NCBI GenBank assembly: GCA_976551045.1
Contig: CDPCPM010000073.1
Coordinates: forward strand, 18,786,001-18,850,000
Direction of reading: 5' to 3'
Length of the DNA: 64,000 nt
Source of the DNA: Glaucostegus cemiculus
Lineage: Eukaryota
The notes below the pieces were generated by a model. The model saw only the letters and a list, made by a program, of their open reading frames with translations. It was not told the DNA's origin and searched no databases. The translations under genes were made by a program, and so were the position numbers. Positions 39,725-52,042 of this stretch are shown here, piece by piece. Positions within the stretch are counted from its first letter, which is position 1; every line of letters starts with the position of its first letter.

Positions 39725-41032
39725 GCAGGGGTAAGTACTGGGACAACCACCTGTCTGAGTGCTCAAGTTCCATCAAGACTCCATTGAAGAAGAGCAAGCT
39801 TGGGCTGGACTCCCTGCTGTACACTTGAATAGACACCTGCATTGTTCAGAAAGAAATGTGTTTCTGCCAACTGGACTCTTGCATATGGATCATGTCTTGG
39901 CAATTTTGGTTTAATCCTGTTATACCTTTCCTATGCACACTTCTTGAATCTGGCATTTAACTTCTAATATTCCTGCCACAGCATGTCCAATATATAACAA
40001 TGGTTAGAGCCACCTTGATTTTGGGGATGGGGCAACTGGCCATGATCACATTTTTTTGGGAGATTATATTGTTCCAAACTTGACCTCAAGGCTGATGAAA
40101 ATCAACTGATGGTGTTATGGAGAAAGAAAACAGCCTGCTTGGACTCTCATAAGTGACAGAAAAGCTTTTAGCCTTCACTTATGAAAGCAGAACAATGGTG
40201 GGGAATTTGTCTTTGGAGAGAAAAGAATGTTTTTTATAAAAATATCTTTTTATGGCCCTCCTTTTATTTGTCTGGGATGAAAGGTTTCTGAAACAACCAG
40301 CTGGAGACTGGTGGCATTGGCTGATTTCCTCAGAAGTTGTTTGTTTGCCTTTTGTTAGCATGGTTCAGTGTGTGCATAGGGAGGGAGGGCCCATTCACTG
40401 CTTTACACCGAGGTGCAGAGCTGTTAGACTGTTGAGTGATTTATGCTTTCCTGTCTTTCTGCTTGCACAGATAAGTCAAAGATGAAAGCTTAAGATGTTC
40501 GTCCTACAAAGTGCTTTCAAACTTCACTTTCCCAGCTCCCGCACAATAGCTACATGCATGTACATGAAAGATAACACAGTAAGGTTTGCAAAATACAAAT
40601 GTGACCATTCTTGCTTTAACTTTAGGAAGTTTGTGAGTTACTGCATAGGTCAGAGCCTTGCAGAAATCTGTCCCTCCACATCCTCTCACTCTCCCAGTCT
40701 TCCGTGAATTTAACATCCACTGCTTGTAGATGTTCATCCGTGGCAGTTGTCTATATGCTGATGTCCTGCAATTTGGTCTTAAACTTTGTTACATGTAATC
40801 TTGGTGCAATTTAAAATAAAGCAGTGCATGCAAGTGAATGTGTAACGGTTAAGCAAATTGCTTCAGCCCTCAAATCAATTGTCATCAGTTTTTTTTCCTC
40901 AAATCCTAAAAAGACTGAAGGCACGCACACCCGTATTTTGACTCTGTGACAGGGAAAGTTGAAAGCCCACATGCACATGCCAGCCTGTAGATTTCTGGAT
41001 ATAGTCCCTCAGGTTCTTTGTCACTCTCTCTC

Positions 41033-41332
41033 GCTGAACAGCTACTTTCCAACAACCATCAGGTTCTTGAGATCTGACGTGCACAACCCGAATCCTACCT
41101 CAGCAACAGAACATTAGCGACCACCTTTGCACTACTATGGATGTGTCTCTGATTGTGCTTTTTTTGGCACTAATGTCTTGTTTTGCACAGTCTTTTTCTC
41201 CCTTGATTCCCTTGTATCATTTTTGTATAATTTATATTTTGTGTGTTGTCTGAACGTACATGCTGGTGATGCTGCTGCAAGTAAGTTTTACATTGTACCT
41301 GTACCTCACTGTACTTCTGCAGATGGCAATAC
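41033..41332 (+). mobile_element. Rex1/Babar-like 3' end
   Basis: Reads LNSYFPTTIRFL, followed by a 3' UTR ending gctgctgcaagtaagttttacattgtacctgtac...ggcaatac. Confidence 0.6.
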
Positions 41333-41988
41333 ACTCTCCTCTCCTTCCACACCACTGAAAAATAGTCTTCTTGAGATAGGCACTTAGTTGCCTCTTTTTG
41401 TTTCATTATGCTTGAATGGAATGTTGTGAAACGTATTCAAATTCCTCAAATTTAATTCCAGTAGAAAAAGATTTGCAGTGCTGATTTCCCAAATAAAGTT
41501 TGGTCACAGACCAGCCATGATCTCAGTGAATGGTGGTACGTGCGGGAAGACCTAAGTGACCATTTCCTCTCCTGTATTGAAATCACGGTGGCTACAAGCA
41601 GCTCCTTCCCCATCTCCACCCCAACCCTTCCTTGGCTGTGTAATGTTACCCTACTGGCACATCTTACTTTTTTTTTTCCAAATGCAAGCACAGAGTTATA
41701 AGTAAAATACATCAGATTGTTGGTGCAGATGGATTTTTATTTCCTCAGGGATTTTACAACGTATCTCATTCAAAAGTTTTCTCAGTTGTAATTTATTCAA
41801 TCGCATTCATTCAGTAATTAGAGCTATAATAGCACCAATTTACCAGTCTCCATACAGGTTGTTTCAAAATAAATTTTAAATGCAGATAGATTTCCTTTGT
41901 GCAATGTACGATTTACATTATAAGGTAAGGTTTTAGTTTGCTTTATTTTTGAATGAATCTAATTTGCTATTTTCTTGTCCACCTGCAG

Positions 41989-42194
41989 AGAGAGTAAGGA
42001 GTTAGCGGATTTTGCCCGGTTACATCCTGCGGGCTGCAGCAGTGGTGGTCTGAACTCAAATTTGATGGTGATGGGAGGCCCAGCTCTGGCTGGATCTGGG
42101 CGCTGGCCTACCGATCCCACCTCACACCTTGCATCGCATCCCTGGCTTCCTCGCACAGGTAGTCCCTCCATGTGGCTGACAGGACATCCCTATG
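41989..42194 (+). CDS. TNRC18: TNRC18 exon, 206 nt, phase 2-1
   Basis: cctgcag|A GAG AGT AAG...TAT G|gtcagt. Translates ESKELADFARLHP...GRWPTDPTSHLASHPWLPRTGSPSMWLTGHPY. Confidence 0.94.
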
Positions 42195-42652
42195 GTCAGT
42201 ACATCTCTGAATATGGAATTCTTTCATTAACTTTGCAAGTTGTGGAGATTTAAAGCACAGAAACAGACCATTGAATTCATTATTCCATGCTGATGTGTAC
42301 ATTCCACACTGGCGTCTCCTGCCCAGTTGACAATTCTCTCTATTCATTTCTTTCTCAAGCTTTCCCTTAAACACATCTACATTTCAGTAAAGGCACCAAG
42401 TGCTAGTAAGATCTACTTTCCCACCACTTAGTGAGTTTCTTCTGAATAGTTTATTAGATATACCAGCAACTGTTACATTTGCAATCCCGGGATTTGGTAT
42501 GTTGCAGCATTGTGGACATCATTTAGGGGAATGGGCAAACAGCACCTATCTTGTCCTCCTGTCAGTCTTTAAGTTTACACCCAGACTGCATGGTGGGTTT
42601 GATTTATTTTTGAATGCAGGGCATCATCCAATGTGAGTGGCTCTGGACACGG

Positions 42653-42680
42653 ACACACACAGACACACACACACACACAC
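42653..42680. repeat. Imperfect (AC)n microsatellite
   Basis: Seen directly in the sequence. Confidence 0.9.
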
Positions 42681-43040
42681 CTCTGCCCTAATCTCCAGAG
42701 TGCTCCAGTCCACTTTACATCAAAGGCCAAATAAATCAATGTTCAGAAGAGATCTCTCCTTTAAAGCTGGTGATTATGATTGCTGATGACAATAGCTATG
42801 TATGTGTAGTTCAATGGTTATTATAAGGCAGAGTTACCAATTGACCTTTGAGATGTTTATTGGTTGATATTGGCTGTGAATTGAACTCAGAATGAATCTG
42901 AATAATTCTTTGTATATTGTTATTTATTCTGTTAAAATTGATATGTGTTACCTATGTATTATTTATTTCTAGTAAATATAAAGAGGTTAGATTATTTCGG
43001 ACCGTCTTCACATCCAGTTTTTTTCTTTTGCTTTGGGCAG

Positions 43041-43187
43041 GACTGGGTCATCCATCATTACACCAGGGAATGCCGCCAGGATTTCCCCCCAGCATACCCA
43101 GCTCTATGCCATCCACGTACCAGTTTGCAAGAGACCCACAGTCAGGGCAGCTGGTTGTAATTCCAACAGAACATTTACCGCACTTTG
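43041..43187 (+). CDS. TNRC18: TNRC18 exon, 147 nt, phase 1-1
   Basis: gggcag|GA CTG GGT...TTT G|gtacgt. Translates GLGHPSLHQGMPPGFPPSIPSSMPSTYQFARDPQSGQLVVIPTEHLPHF. Confidence 0.94.
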
Positions 43188-44170
43188 GTACGTTAAAAAG
43201 AAAAATATTCTGGAGAAAGGGTCATCATACTTACCTGTGTCCATATGTACTAAATTGGAAAGGAGAATTTCCACATTAAAAAGACAGCTGAGCACCAATA
43301 ATGGTCATTACATTTCACCCAGCACAGCGTTTGCAAGCTTGCTGCATGCCTAAGATGGGAGATATTATACTTGGACATGCAGAACACTAGGAGAGTGGGT
43401 ATAGCACCAGTTATCAGGTTTTGATCTCACCACCAAGCTTGAAACAGATCAGCTACCTAGAGCCATGAAGAAACGATGAGGTTTAGAGCACTGCTGTTGG
43501 AAGGTGCTACCTCAAGGCTGGGTTCAGGAACATGTGCTCAGTGCCAGTGTAATTGGATAGGAGATGGACCTCAGCACCTTCAGCTGGCGTGAGCCCTGTT
43601 CACAGGGTATGCTTTGGCAATGGTGGCTGTTACATTCACACACTGGTGCACACCATCACCATGCCTGAGAGGAGCTCCTGGGTCTAGAGCCAGTCAAGTA
43701 ACATCAAGATCCATCCATTAGTTGCTCTCAGCCAATTAAGGGCTATCCATCTTGTTGAAGGACAGTACTTGGGTTTATGTGGGACTAAGGAGACGTTCCT
43801 GGAATCCAATTCACCCTTGGACTTAACTAATAATCCTGAGCTAGAGAGATCAATTACTGACATCTTGAGCTATCAGTGCAACGCAGAGAGATGGGCATGT
43901 TTCTAGAGTGGAAACATTTTTCACTGTATTACATTAGCTGGCTTGAAGCTTTAGCGAGTGCTTGGGGTGGGGTACAGTGGTGGAAAGACTACGTCTGCCT
44001 CTGTATGTGTAAATGCTGGGAGCAGAAAACAAATGGGCTACCCATGTATAAAGCCTTTCAGTATTTAATAGGTTTGCTCTTTTATTGCTGCCTTTTGTGC
44101 CACTGTAACCACTGTATTGTGCACGGTTTTGTCTTGTCCTGATGGTGCCTACTTTGCACTTTTATTGCAG

Positions 44171-44355
44171 CCGAGTTAATGGAAAGAGCCCCCCCTCTGT
44201 GGCCTTCGATGTACCCCCCGACCGGAAGCTCCCTGCAGCACGCCCACCAGCTCCAGTTACTATCTCACCAACAGCTCCTCCGTCAGCATGAGCTCTACGT
44301 GCTTCAGCAGCAGGCAGCCCATGCCATGGAGCTCCAGCGCAGCGCACAGCTCGTC
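44171..44355 (+). CDS. TNRC18: TNRC18 exon, 185 nt, phase 1-0
   Basis: ttgcag|CC GAG TTA ATG...CTC GTC|gtaagt. Translates AELMERAPPLWPSMYPP...HQLQLLSHQQLLRQHELYVLQQQAAHAMELQRSAQLV. Confidence 0.94.
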
Positions 44356-44554
44356 GTAAGTTCACTCAGTAACCACTCACAACTTTCACCCCCCTGCTAA
44401 TCAGATTAAGTGGACTGGCAGATTCTTTGATGCCAAGAGGAGGAAAGAACTGGGCACCACAGCCCTGTCCCTGATATGACCTCAGGTCTTATGCATTCAA
44501 CCAAGCAAGGTGAAATGTCTCATTGCTGATGGTAAACACTGGTGTGAATGAACG

Positions 44555-44885
44555 GCTAGTGTTGCTGCCTGCCTCTCAGTTCCAGTGACCCGATTCCAAT
44601 CCTGACTCCCACCCCACTGCTGCCCACTTGGAGTCTGCATGTTCTCCCTGTGAGCCAGATACCCAGATGCTTCACTTTCCTACCACATCTCAAAGGCATG
44701 CAGGTTGGTAGGTTAATTGGCCACCATAAGTTACCCCAATTGTGTAGGTAAGTGGTAGAATTTGGGGTAATTGATGGGAACGTGGGGAGGATAAATGGGT
44801 TCAATTAGGTTTGCACAAAACGGGTGTTTGATGGTTGCCATGGACTTAGTGGGTCTGTTTCCATGCTGTGACTCTGTGACCATGA
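44555..44885 (+). mobile_element. tRNA-derived V-SINE (HE1-like)
   Basis: gctgcctctcagttccagtgacccgattccaatcctgac...ggagtctgcatgttctccctgtg...ttcctaccacatctcaaag...ggtaggttaattggcca...ctgtttccatgctgtgactctgtgac. Confidence 0.8.
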
Positions 44886-45313
44886 CTAACTGGGCAGAGG
44901 GGAAGCTGGAATGGATAGATTGGATGTTGATTACAATGTCCCATGGTATTGGAGAAGCAAGAGATAAACTGAGTGAGCTGAACAAGGAAGCAGCAAGTAC
45001 ATGAAGCAAGTTTTTAGTAGTTTCTTTACAGGTGTAATCTCTACTCTGCCCATTTATCCCACCTGCTTGATGGTGGCCACTCACATTGTCCAAGGAAGAT
45101 CTGCATGTCCACAGCAGCAGGTGTAGCTCTTGTAACTTAGGTTACTGCAAAATTTGGGTTGCTAATCCTTTGTCCATTTGCCAGGTCTGACCATGTATAT
45201 CACCCCAAAAGGGGTGATATACCTTTGAAGCACTTGTATAATCCTTATTACTCTTTATTTATCATCAAAAAAAAATGTGCTCACTACATACTGGCATTTC
45301 ATCTTTGCAACAG

Positions 45314-45728
45314 GAAAGGCTGAAAGCAAATGAGCACAGAAACGAGATGGAAGAAAAAGTGTGCAAGAGGAGCGCTGAGGGAAGCAAACCTGGGCTTGTG
45401 GCCTCCTCTTCAGGAATATTACAGAAGAGGCACCCATCACACTCCCCAGTGCCATCCACCTCCTATCACAAGACATGTACCCCACCCCCTTCATCACACG
45501 TCTCATCCCCTCGGTTAAAACTGAAGTCTGATGTAAGAGCTGACATAGGGGAGGCCTTGCCCCCACGACCTTACCCTTCACCGTCTCCAGCCTCCCATCC
45601 AGCCAGCCCTCCACATGGGTCACCACCTCCGACTCCAGCTCTGCCCCAGAAGGTGGAAGTATCTGAAGAGTCTGAGAAGAAAGGTTTGGAGAAAGATGGT
45701 TCTGCTCCTTTTCAAGCCTTATTTCCCG
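45314..45728 (+). CDS. TNRC18: TNRC18 exon, 415 nt, phase 0-1
   Basis: caacag|GAA AGG CTG...CCC G|gtaaga. Translates ERLKANEHRNEMEEK... through a Pro/Ser-rich stretch to ...PFQALFP. Confidence 0.93.
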
Positions 45729-46104
45729 GTAAGAAGTTGAGCTTTACTGGTGATTTTTATCATCTTGTGAATTAATTGTCATGTCAAATGGAAATGAGGC
45801 ATTTCTTACCCAGAGTGGTCAATCTGCAGCTATGAATGAGAACATCAAGGGCATCCCATATTGTGTAGTCTCTGCAGGTTCCTAATCTTCTGGCCAGAGA
45901 CACTTTGACCTGTATAATGTCCTTTCATTAATGTTGAGCCTTTTTCCTTCCCATAAATGGTGTTCATGTGTCAGAAACCAAGCCTTTATCTGAATGGGTT
46001 TGTGTCGCATGGTGGTGGTCCAACTTACCTTGGACTCTAGTAAACTTAACATGAATATTGTATATTGACTATATGTGGGTCTATTTACATTATCCAGTCC
46101 CATC

Positions 46105-46347
46105 ATTGGTATTGGTTTATTATTGTCACTTGTACCGAGGTACAGTGGAAAACTTGTCTTGCATACCGATCGTACAGATCAATTCATTATACAGTGTAGT
46201 TACATTAAGTTAGTACAGAGTGCATTGAGGTAGTACAGGTAAAAACAATAACAATACAGAGTAAAGTGTCACAGCTACAGAGAAAGTGCAGTGCAATAAG
46301 GTGCAAGGTCACAACAAGGTAGATCGTGAGGTCAGAGTCCATCTCAT
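46105..46347 (-). mobile_element. Rex1-like 3' UTR fragment with (ATACCA)n-type tail
   Basis: attggtattggtttattattgtcacttgtaccgaggtacagtg... The reverse reads gtgacaataataaaccaataccaat. CpGs are retained, suggesting a young copy. Confidence 0.65.
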
Positions 46348-46763
46348 CTGTATCTGTCCTTCATTTCTGGGTCCCAACATGAATACATCTGTTTGAAAAT
46401 GGCCCAAGTTGTCTTTGCTGCACCAGGCTTCAAAATTGGTTCTCACGGAAACCAGTTCTAATGCCGACTGGTTCCACCTTCCATATCAAATGTAACAAAA
46501 TAACGATGAAGATAATTTCAAGATCAATGTTTCTCTAAAGGTCACTTGGTTCTTGAGAGTGTTCTGCTACTAATTCCACATATGGTAACTTTTCAGGTTT
46601 AGTCAGCTTCAGGGAATACTGTTGACCTATGTGTGTGTTTACGTAAAATGTGCTTTGTACATGGAATTCAGAATCTTTTACAAAATATGCCAACTTTTAA
46701 CTGAGGTAACCATTTAATTTATTTATTAGATAACTCAGATGTTTCTATTCCTTTATTTTATAG

Positions 46764-47726
46764 AGATTCCTCAAGGATATCCTTATCGGTCCCTCCCAAC
46801 ATCCTTCGGCAGCCATTACCCCTACCTCCTGCAGCCTACTGCTGCCTCTGATGCTGATGGTTTGGCACCAGATGTACCACTGCCAGCTGAATCCTCCGAG
46901 CCCATACCCTGTTCTGTTACTCCATCCTCACCTGATGTCAAGCCCATACACTTGCATTCCCCAACAGCACAGGAAGACTTGCCATCCAGCATAAACGCAG
47001 AGCCAATTCAGATCAAAGTGCAATGTGAAGATTTGATTGACCTCGAGGACAACAAAACTCGGTGTGACCGACACATTGAGCTGCAAAACAAGCCCATATC
47101 GTTTGCTGGAGATGTGGACAGTGAACCAACGGACCTGACCACAGAACCCAAAGCTTCACCTGTTCTGGAGAGCCAGGAGGACCACCAAAGCTGCCAGTCA
47201 CCTTACCGGACAATAGCTTGCACTACCGAGGTGGAGGCCAAGACAGAGCTGCAACAAGTGCAGGCCAGTTCTCCTCTTGATGACTATCAAAGCACTATGA
47301 CACAATCTGAAGTGAATAACTCAAAAGCAGAGGAATTGCTGGAGCATGATGATTGTTACTTTAAAACCGAGAAAGTGGACGTTGAGAGCACTGGTGAAGA
47401 TGTGTTACCGGGCACTCCTTCGAATACAACAGAGCCTGACTTTGAGCACTTTGAGATGAAGCGAGAGTTGCTGTGTTTTCAGATCCCTGATAATCATACC
47501 CCAGAAATAAAACTGGATGACCCCATGGCTGGAATGAATGCTCTGGTGGCTGCTGTGGAGCTTCCCCAAGCATGTTCAATGCCCGTCCAGCCTACCCTGT
47601 CCAGTGTTCTCCCAATTCCTTCTGACTTTAGTGTGGCTGACAGTTCTTCCCTTATTGGCATTGCCTTGCTGAGTGAAATTGCTGAACTTGAACTGGAACG
47701 GCGCAGAACAAGTGAGATAAATAGAC
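46764..47726 (+). CDS. TNRC18: TNRC18 exon, 963 nt, phase 1-1
   Basis: ttttatag|AG ATT CCT...AGA C|gtaagt. Translates EIPQGYPYRSLP...YPYLLQPTAASDADGLAPDVPLPA...DDPMAGMNALVAAVELPQA...GIALLSEIAELELERRR. Lies within ORF 46739-47734. Confidence 0.93.
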
Positions 47727-47827
47727 GTAAGTAACCTCCGTTTTTGCTTTCTTTTGAACTTGAACTGGAACGGCGCAGAACAAGTGAGATAAATAGACGT
47801 AAGTAACCTCCGTTTTTGCTTTCTTTT
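47684..47827 (+). repeat. Perfect 72-bp tandem duplication spanning an exon/intron junction
   Basis: 47684-47755 is identical to 47756-47827. Confidence 0.97.
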
Positions 47828-49496
47828 CCACTGCCCTTGGGAATCTATATTGTATTATGAGGAATCTAACCAGTGCGAAAGGAGACTCAGATAGAAAGAA
47901 CTTCTCAGCTAACAGACTAATAGCCATATAATAATAATCTAATACCTATATAATAATATATTATCTATTCAATACCGCAAAAGTTTAGCTGTAAGTTATT
48001 GTTGAATCTTTCTTCAATCTTAAGAACCAAATCTTCTATAATCTCCCAATATAGGAAATGTCACTTTTTTTAACAGTGGACATAAATAAATGCAGACTCA
48101 CGTGACTCTCAGGCAATAAAGTTTGGATCCATTTTGATTCACAACATTTTATATTTTTTGTTTGGAAGCATCGCTGCAATATCCTCTCATTGTGTTAAAT
48201 TACCAGTGCAGGGAAGCAGAATACTCTGACTCTATCACCAACATAAGGGTTATTGTAAGGCCTGTAAAATATTGAATGGTTTAATTTCAATGGACAGAGA
48301 GCAGCTCCACTTTGCTTCTAGAAATTGCAATTTTGAATGAAGAAAATTAATAAATATTTTTGTTCGGTCACATTTCTGTTAATGCCGCATTCCCTTTTCA
48401 TAATTCCACAATTTGGAGTCTGTTAGCCTAAAAGTTCTTTCTGGCTGAGCTCCTTTACACTGATTTGATCTTTAATAATACAATATCAAGAGACAGGACA
48501 TTAAATAAATTGGATTGCTGGTGATGTGCTTTGAAATAAATCTCTGATATTTGATGTATGGTCACACGCTGCTAGAATGGTGTTGGGAATGTTTGTTTTC
48601 CCCAGTGTACAGTTAAAACTTTTGTTTAAAACAGACAGGAAAAACTTCAAAAACTTGGAGTGAATGCGTGCCAATTACATGGGCTGTCAAACACTCAAAT
48701 TCCACTGTCAGGCTGAACATCTGGGATGTCAACATTACTTGATGGGAGTTTAGTTCCAGGGACTTCAAGTGGCCCAGAGATCAATCTTTGTAACTGATTG
48801 ACATGGGGAGGTGGGGGGGAGAGCTGAGAGAGGGAGTAGGGACTGGCCTGAATATTGAAGCAAAAAGAAAATTTTCCTGCCTCACTAGCCTGCACTGTAT
48901 CTTAGAAACCATATTCAAATTCAGGTGCTATTTTAGATCTCCGAAAGAAAAGAATGATGTTTTGATTGAAAGAATTTGGTTTTGGATACAGGCATCACTG
49001 GCACGGTTGACATTTAGAACCTGTCTCTGGTTGTCCTAAGCCTCATGGAACTGAGTGGCACGTTGGACCACTGGCACTCCCCAGTGCCATCCAACTCCTA
49101 TCACAAGACATGTAGGGCTGGACTCATGCATGAGACCAACCTCACTAAGATAGCAGGGCTTACTTTCCTGGAACACTTTAGTGCACCAGATGGATTTTTA
49201 CAATGATCTAGAACCTCATGGAGGTCATTTAGTGCTTTCATTTAATTTTTTTTAAAAACTGAATCCAAATTCACAAGCTGCTATGCCAGAATATGAAAAT
49301 ATTCTTTGGTTTATTTCGCCAGGCCTCTGGATTATTGGTTCAGTAGCATAACCATTGTGGCAACATACTATGGCTATGACACATAAATGGGATATACTGT
49401 ATTGTTATTTCTTTTTGAAAAAAATGTATTAGGTCTAATATTGAGGAAGAAGAAAGCTTTTAAGAAATTAAGTCTCCATTTCTGGTTTCCTTGAAG

Positions 49497-49693
49497 GCCT
49501 AGAAGGAGGAGGGACCCACTTGGACTTAGAAAGCCTTCTTGTTGCTAGCACACAAGCATTGTTGATGGATTCCATGCCTTTACTTGGAACTGAAGCTCTT
49601 GAAGATGCAAAGAATGGGCCAGTGACTATCAGGCTCCCCCGGGAGCTAAATCCAAACAAAAGATACAGCTGGATGCAGAAGAAGGATGAACCT
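49497..49693 (+). CDS. TNRC18: TNRC18 exon, 197 nt, phase 1-0
   Basis: ttgaag|GC CTA GAA...GAA CCT|gtgagt. Translates ...LESLLVAS...IRLPRELNPNKRYSWMQKKDEP (human recalled as LRLPRELKPNKKYSWMRKKEE). Confidence 0.91.
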
Positions 49694-51328
49694 GTGAGTT
49701 AACTAAAGCTGAATTGAGCTACCATTTGGTAAAAGTACCACACAGCACCAGTATTATCTTTCTGAAATTATAGAAAGGATAAAATTTTGCATTTATATGT
49801 TATTTTCACAGTCTCGAGAGATCCTATTGCTCCTTTCATCCAATGCAATATTTTGCTTGAGAGTAGACACACGTGACACATGAAATACCACAACCAATTT
49901 GTGCATTACAAAGACTGTAACTTGATTGAGATAAGTTAATATGTTAGAAAGGCAGCCTGTTGTCAGTGTAGCAATCCCTCAGTGTGGCAAAGAACCATCA
50001 CCCTAAATTTTATGCTCATTTATGATGCGGAGCTTGAACCCGGAACTGTATAACTTTCAATAGTTCTTCCACTGAGCCTCAGTTACACCTCCTTTCATAG
50101 GCAAGAATACAGTTATATATATTTTTATAAAATGTTTTCATACTAGCTTATAATATATGCAGGGCATTCACATTTTGCTATTTATTCTCTTTGGTGGTAA
50201 ATGTAGTTGGATTTTGTCTAAATTACATGTGCAGTTGTGTGGCACAAAACATGCTTCTATACTATCAAAAAATAAGCTGTTCTATTAACAGTATTTATAA
50301 TACATATAATATATTTATCATTATTTGGTGGAGAAAGGCTTGGTCTCCAATTTCAGTTTAAACTGTTGAATTATTAAGCAACAGAGCATAAACTGTAAAT
50401 GTCAGTATGAACCTTTGCCCTAACTGCCTGTAAAATATTTGTATGTAGAGAAAAGTTTCAAAATTCCTTTTGAAGCATTTTCATTTCTAATCTGTGGAGA
50501 CATTTAAGAGGAAATTTGACCTGATTGTGTCTGTTTTTACATGTACATAATTTTTTTTGCCTGTTTTGAAGTATTTGCTTCATTTTCTGTTGAAGTCCCA
50601 CCCATGAAGAAATTGTTCCAGACATTTCCTGTCACGACCCACCCCAGCACAGGTATCATTTCTACATCGTCATTTGTGCCCCTCAACAAACATAGCACTC
50701 ATTACCACCTTCCAACAGGAATTACATCAAAGATTTGCAATCTACAGCCAGCCTTGTCTCAGATTGCAGCATCTCTGCATTGCACACCTCCATGCTGGAC
50801 AATGGTGACCCAGTGACCTTGTGGCTTGGGACTGCTCGTGGCACAGAACAGTTCCTTTGCTCAGTGTGATGGTCTCCATGAGAAGTCCGCAGAGCCGTTT
50901 CCCCTCTCCCCGCTCACCCTTACTCCTGTCCTCTATTTCCACGCATCTCTGTGGCAGTGTGCATGACTCTCATAGAGGGTGAGCTTTTTCAGAACTGAAT
51001 TGCTTCTCTGCAGACTTGTGTGCAGCTGGTACAGCAGCGGTGGGCTCCGGAGCCAGCTCCTGTCTGCAAACATGCAGCTCGAATTCCACTGCTTCTAAAT
51101 TGCAGAGAATCAAGACAGTGATTTCTTAAATTAAGAATGTCCCAGTTTTGTGATCGATTTTCAGTGACCCCCGAATTGACATTAACACTATGCACAAAAC
51201 ACATTTAGCATGCCAAATAAGATTGAGATCCAATTCCTTGTTGTGCAAGTATGAGTTCCACTTCAAACAGTTATGTCCAGCTGGCACCTTTCAGGACTCT
51301 CTCTGAAACAATGTGCTTTCAAATCTAG

Positions 51329-51466
<138 letters not shown>

Positions 51467-51913
51467 TAAGTGACTTAGTTTCAAAGACATCCTATTCAGA
51501 AGCTTGCAAATCACAGCCAAGCTGGTGTGGCCTTACTGTCACCTCACTAAAATCCTCACAACTAACTGAGAAATCTGAAACCCTGAGAATCTCCCATTGC
51601 CTGCAGAGATTCTATCACAATAAAGACAGCTACCACACTGACAGTCAAGCAACAATAAAAGGCATACTTCCAGCTTAAACCATCTTTCCAGCAACAATAA
51701 TTAACATCTAAATTAATAGTATCAAAATAACAGTAGCCTAGACAACTTGAACTGGGAAAAGTTTCGAGACAGGACCGGTCGGTAATGTGGTGTAAAGTGG
51801 GGGTAGGGGTCAATTCATTTGCTAAATTAATACTAGGCTTAGTAGTAGTTTGCCTCTACAACCAGCTTAGTTACTAAGTCACATTCAAAATAATCCATAT
51901 TGTATCTCCGTAG

Positions 51914-52042
51914 AGAAAAACGGGATGAGAAAAGTAGGAGTTTATCGCGGAGAGGACCTGGAAGGCCACGAAAGAGAAAGCATGGCTCAAGTGCTCCATC
52001 ACCGCATGTTGATAGAGGGAGAAGTGACAGCAAGAGTGGGAA
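51914..52042 (+). CDS. TNRC18: TNRC18 exon with AT-hook-like motif, 129 nt, phase 2-2
   Basis: ccgtag|A GAA AAA...GGG AA|gtaagt. Translates EKRDEKSRSLSRRGPGRPRKRKHGSS... Confidence 0.93.

Noticed and set aside
39400-39842. Cys/Val-rich ORFs
   Set aside because: Translation of a degenerate TG repeat.
47779-47798. 20-nt mini-exon inside the duplicated copy (gcgcag|...gac|gtaagt)
   Set aside because: It would need a 52-nt upstream intron, which is below the usual vertebrate minimum.
47684-47827. CRISPR-like or array interpretation of the direct repeats
   Set aside because: Only two adjacent copies with no spacer, in a vertebrate exon/intron context.
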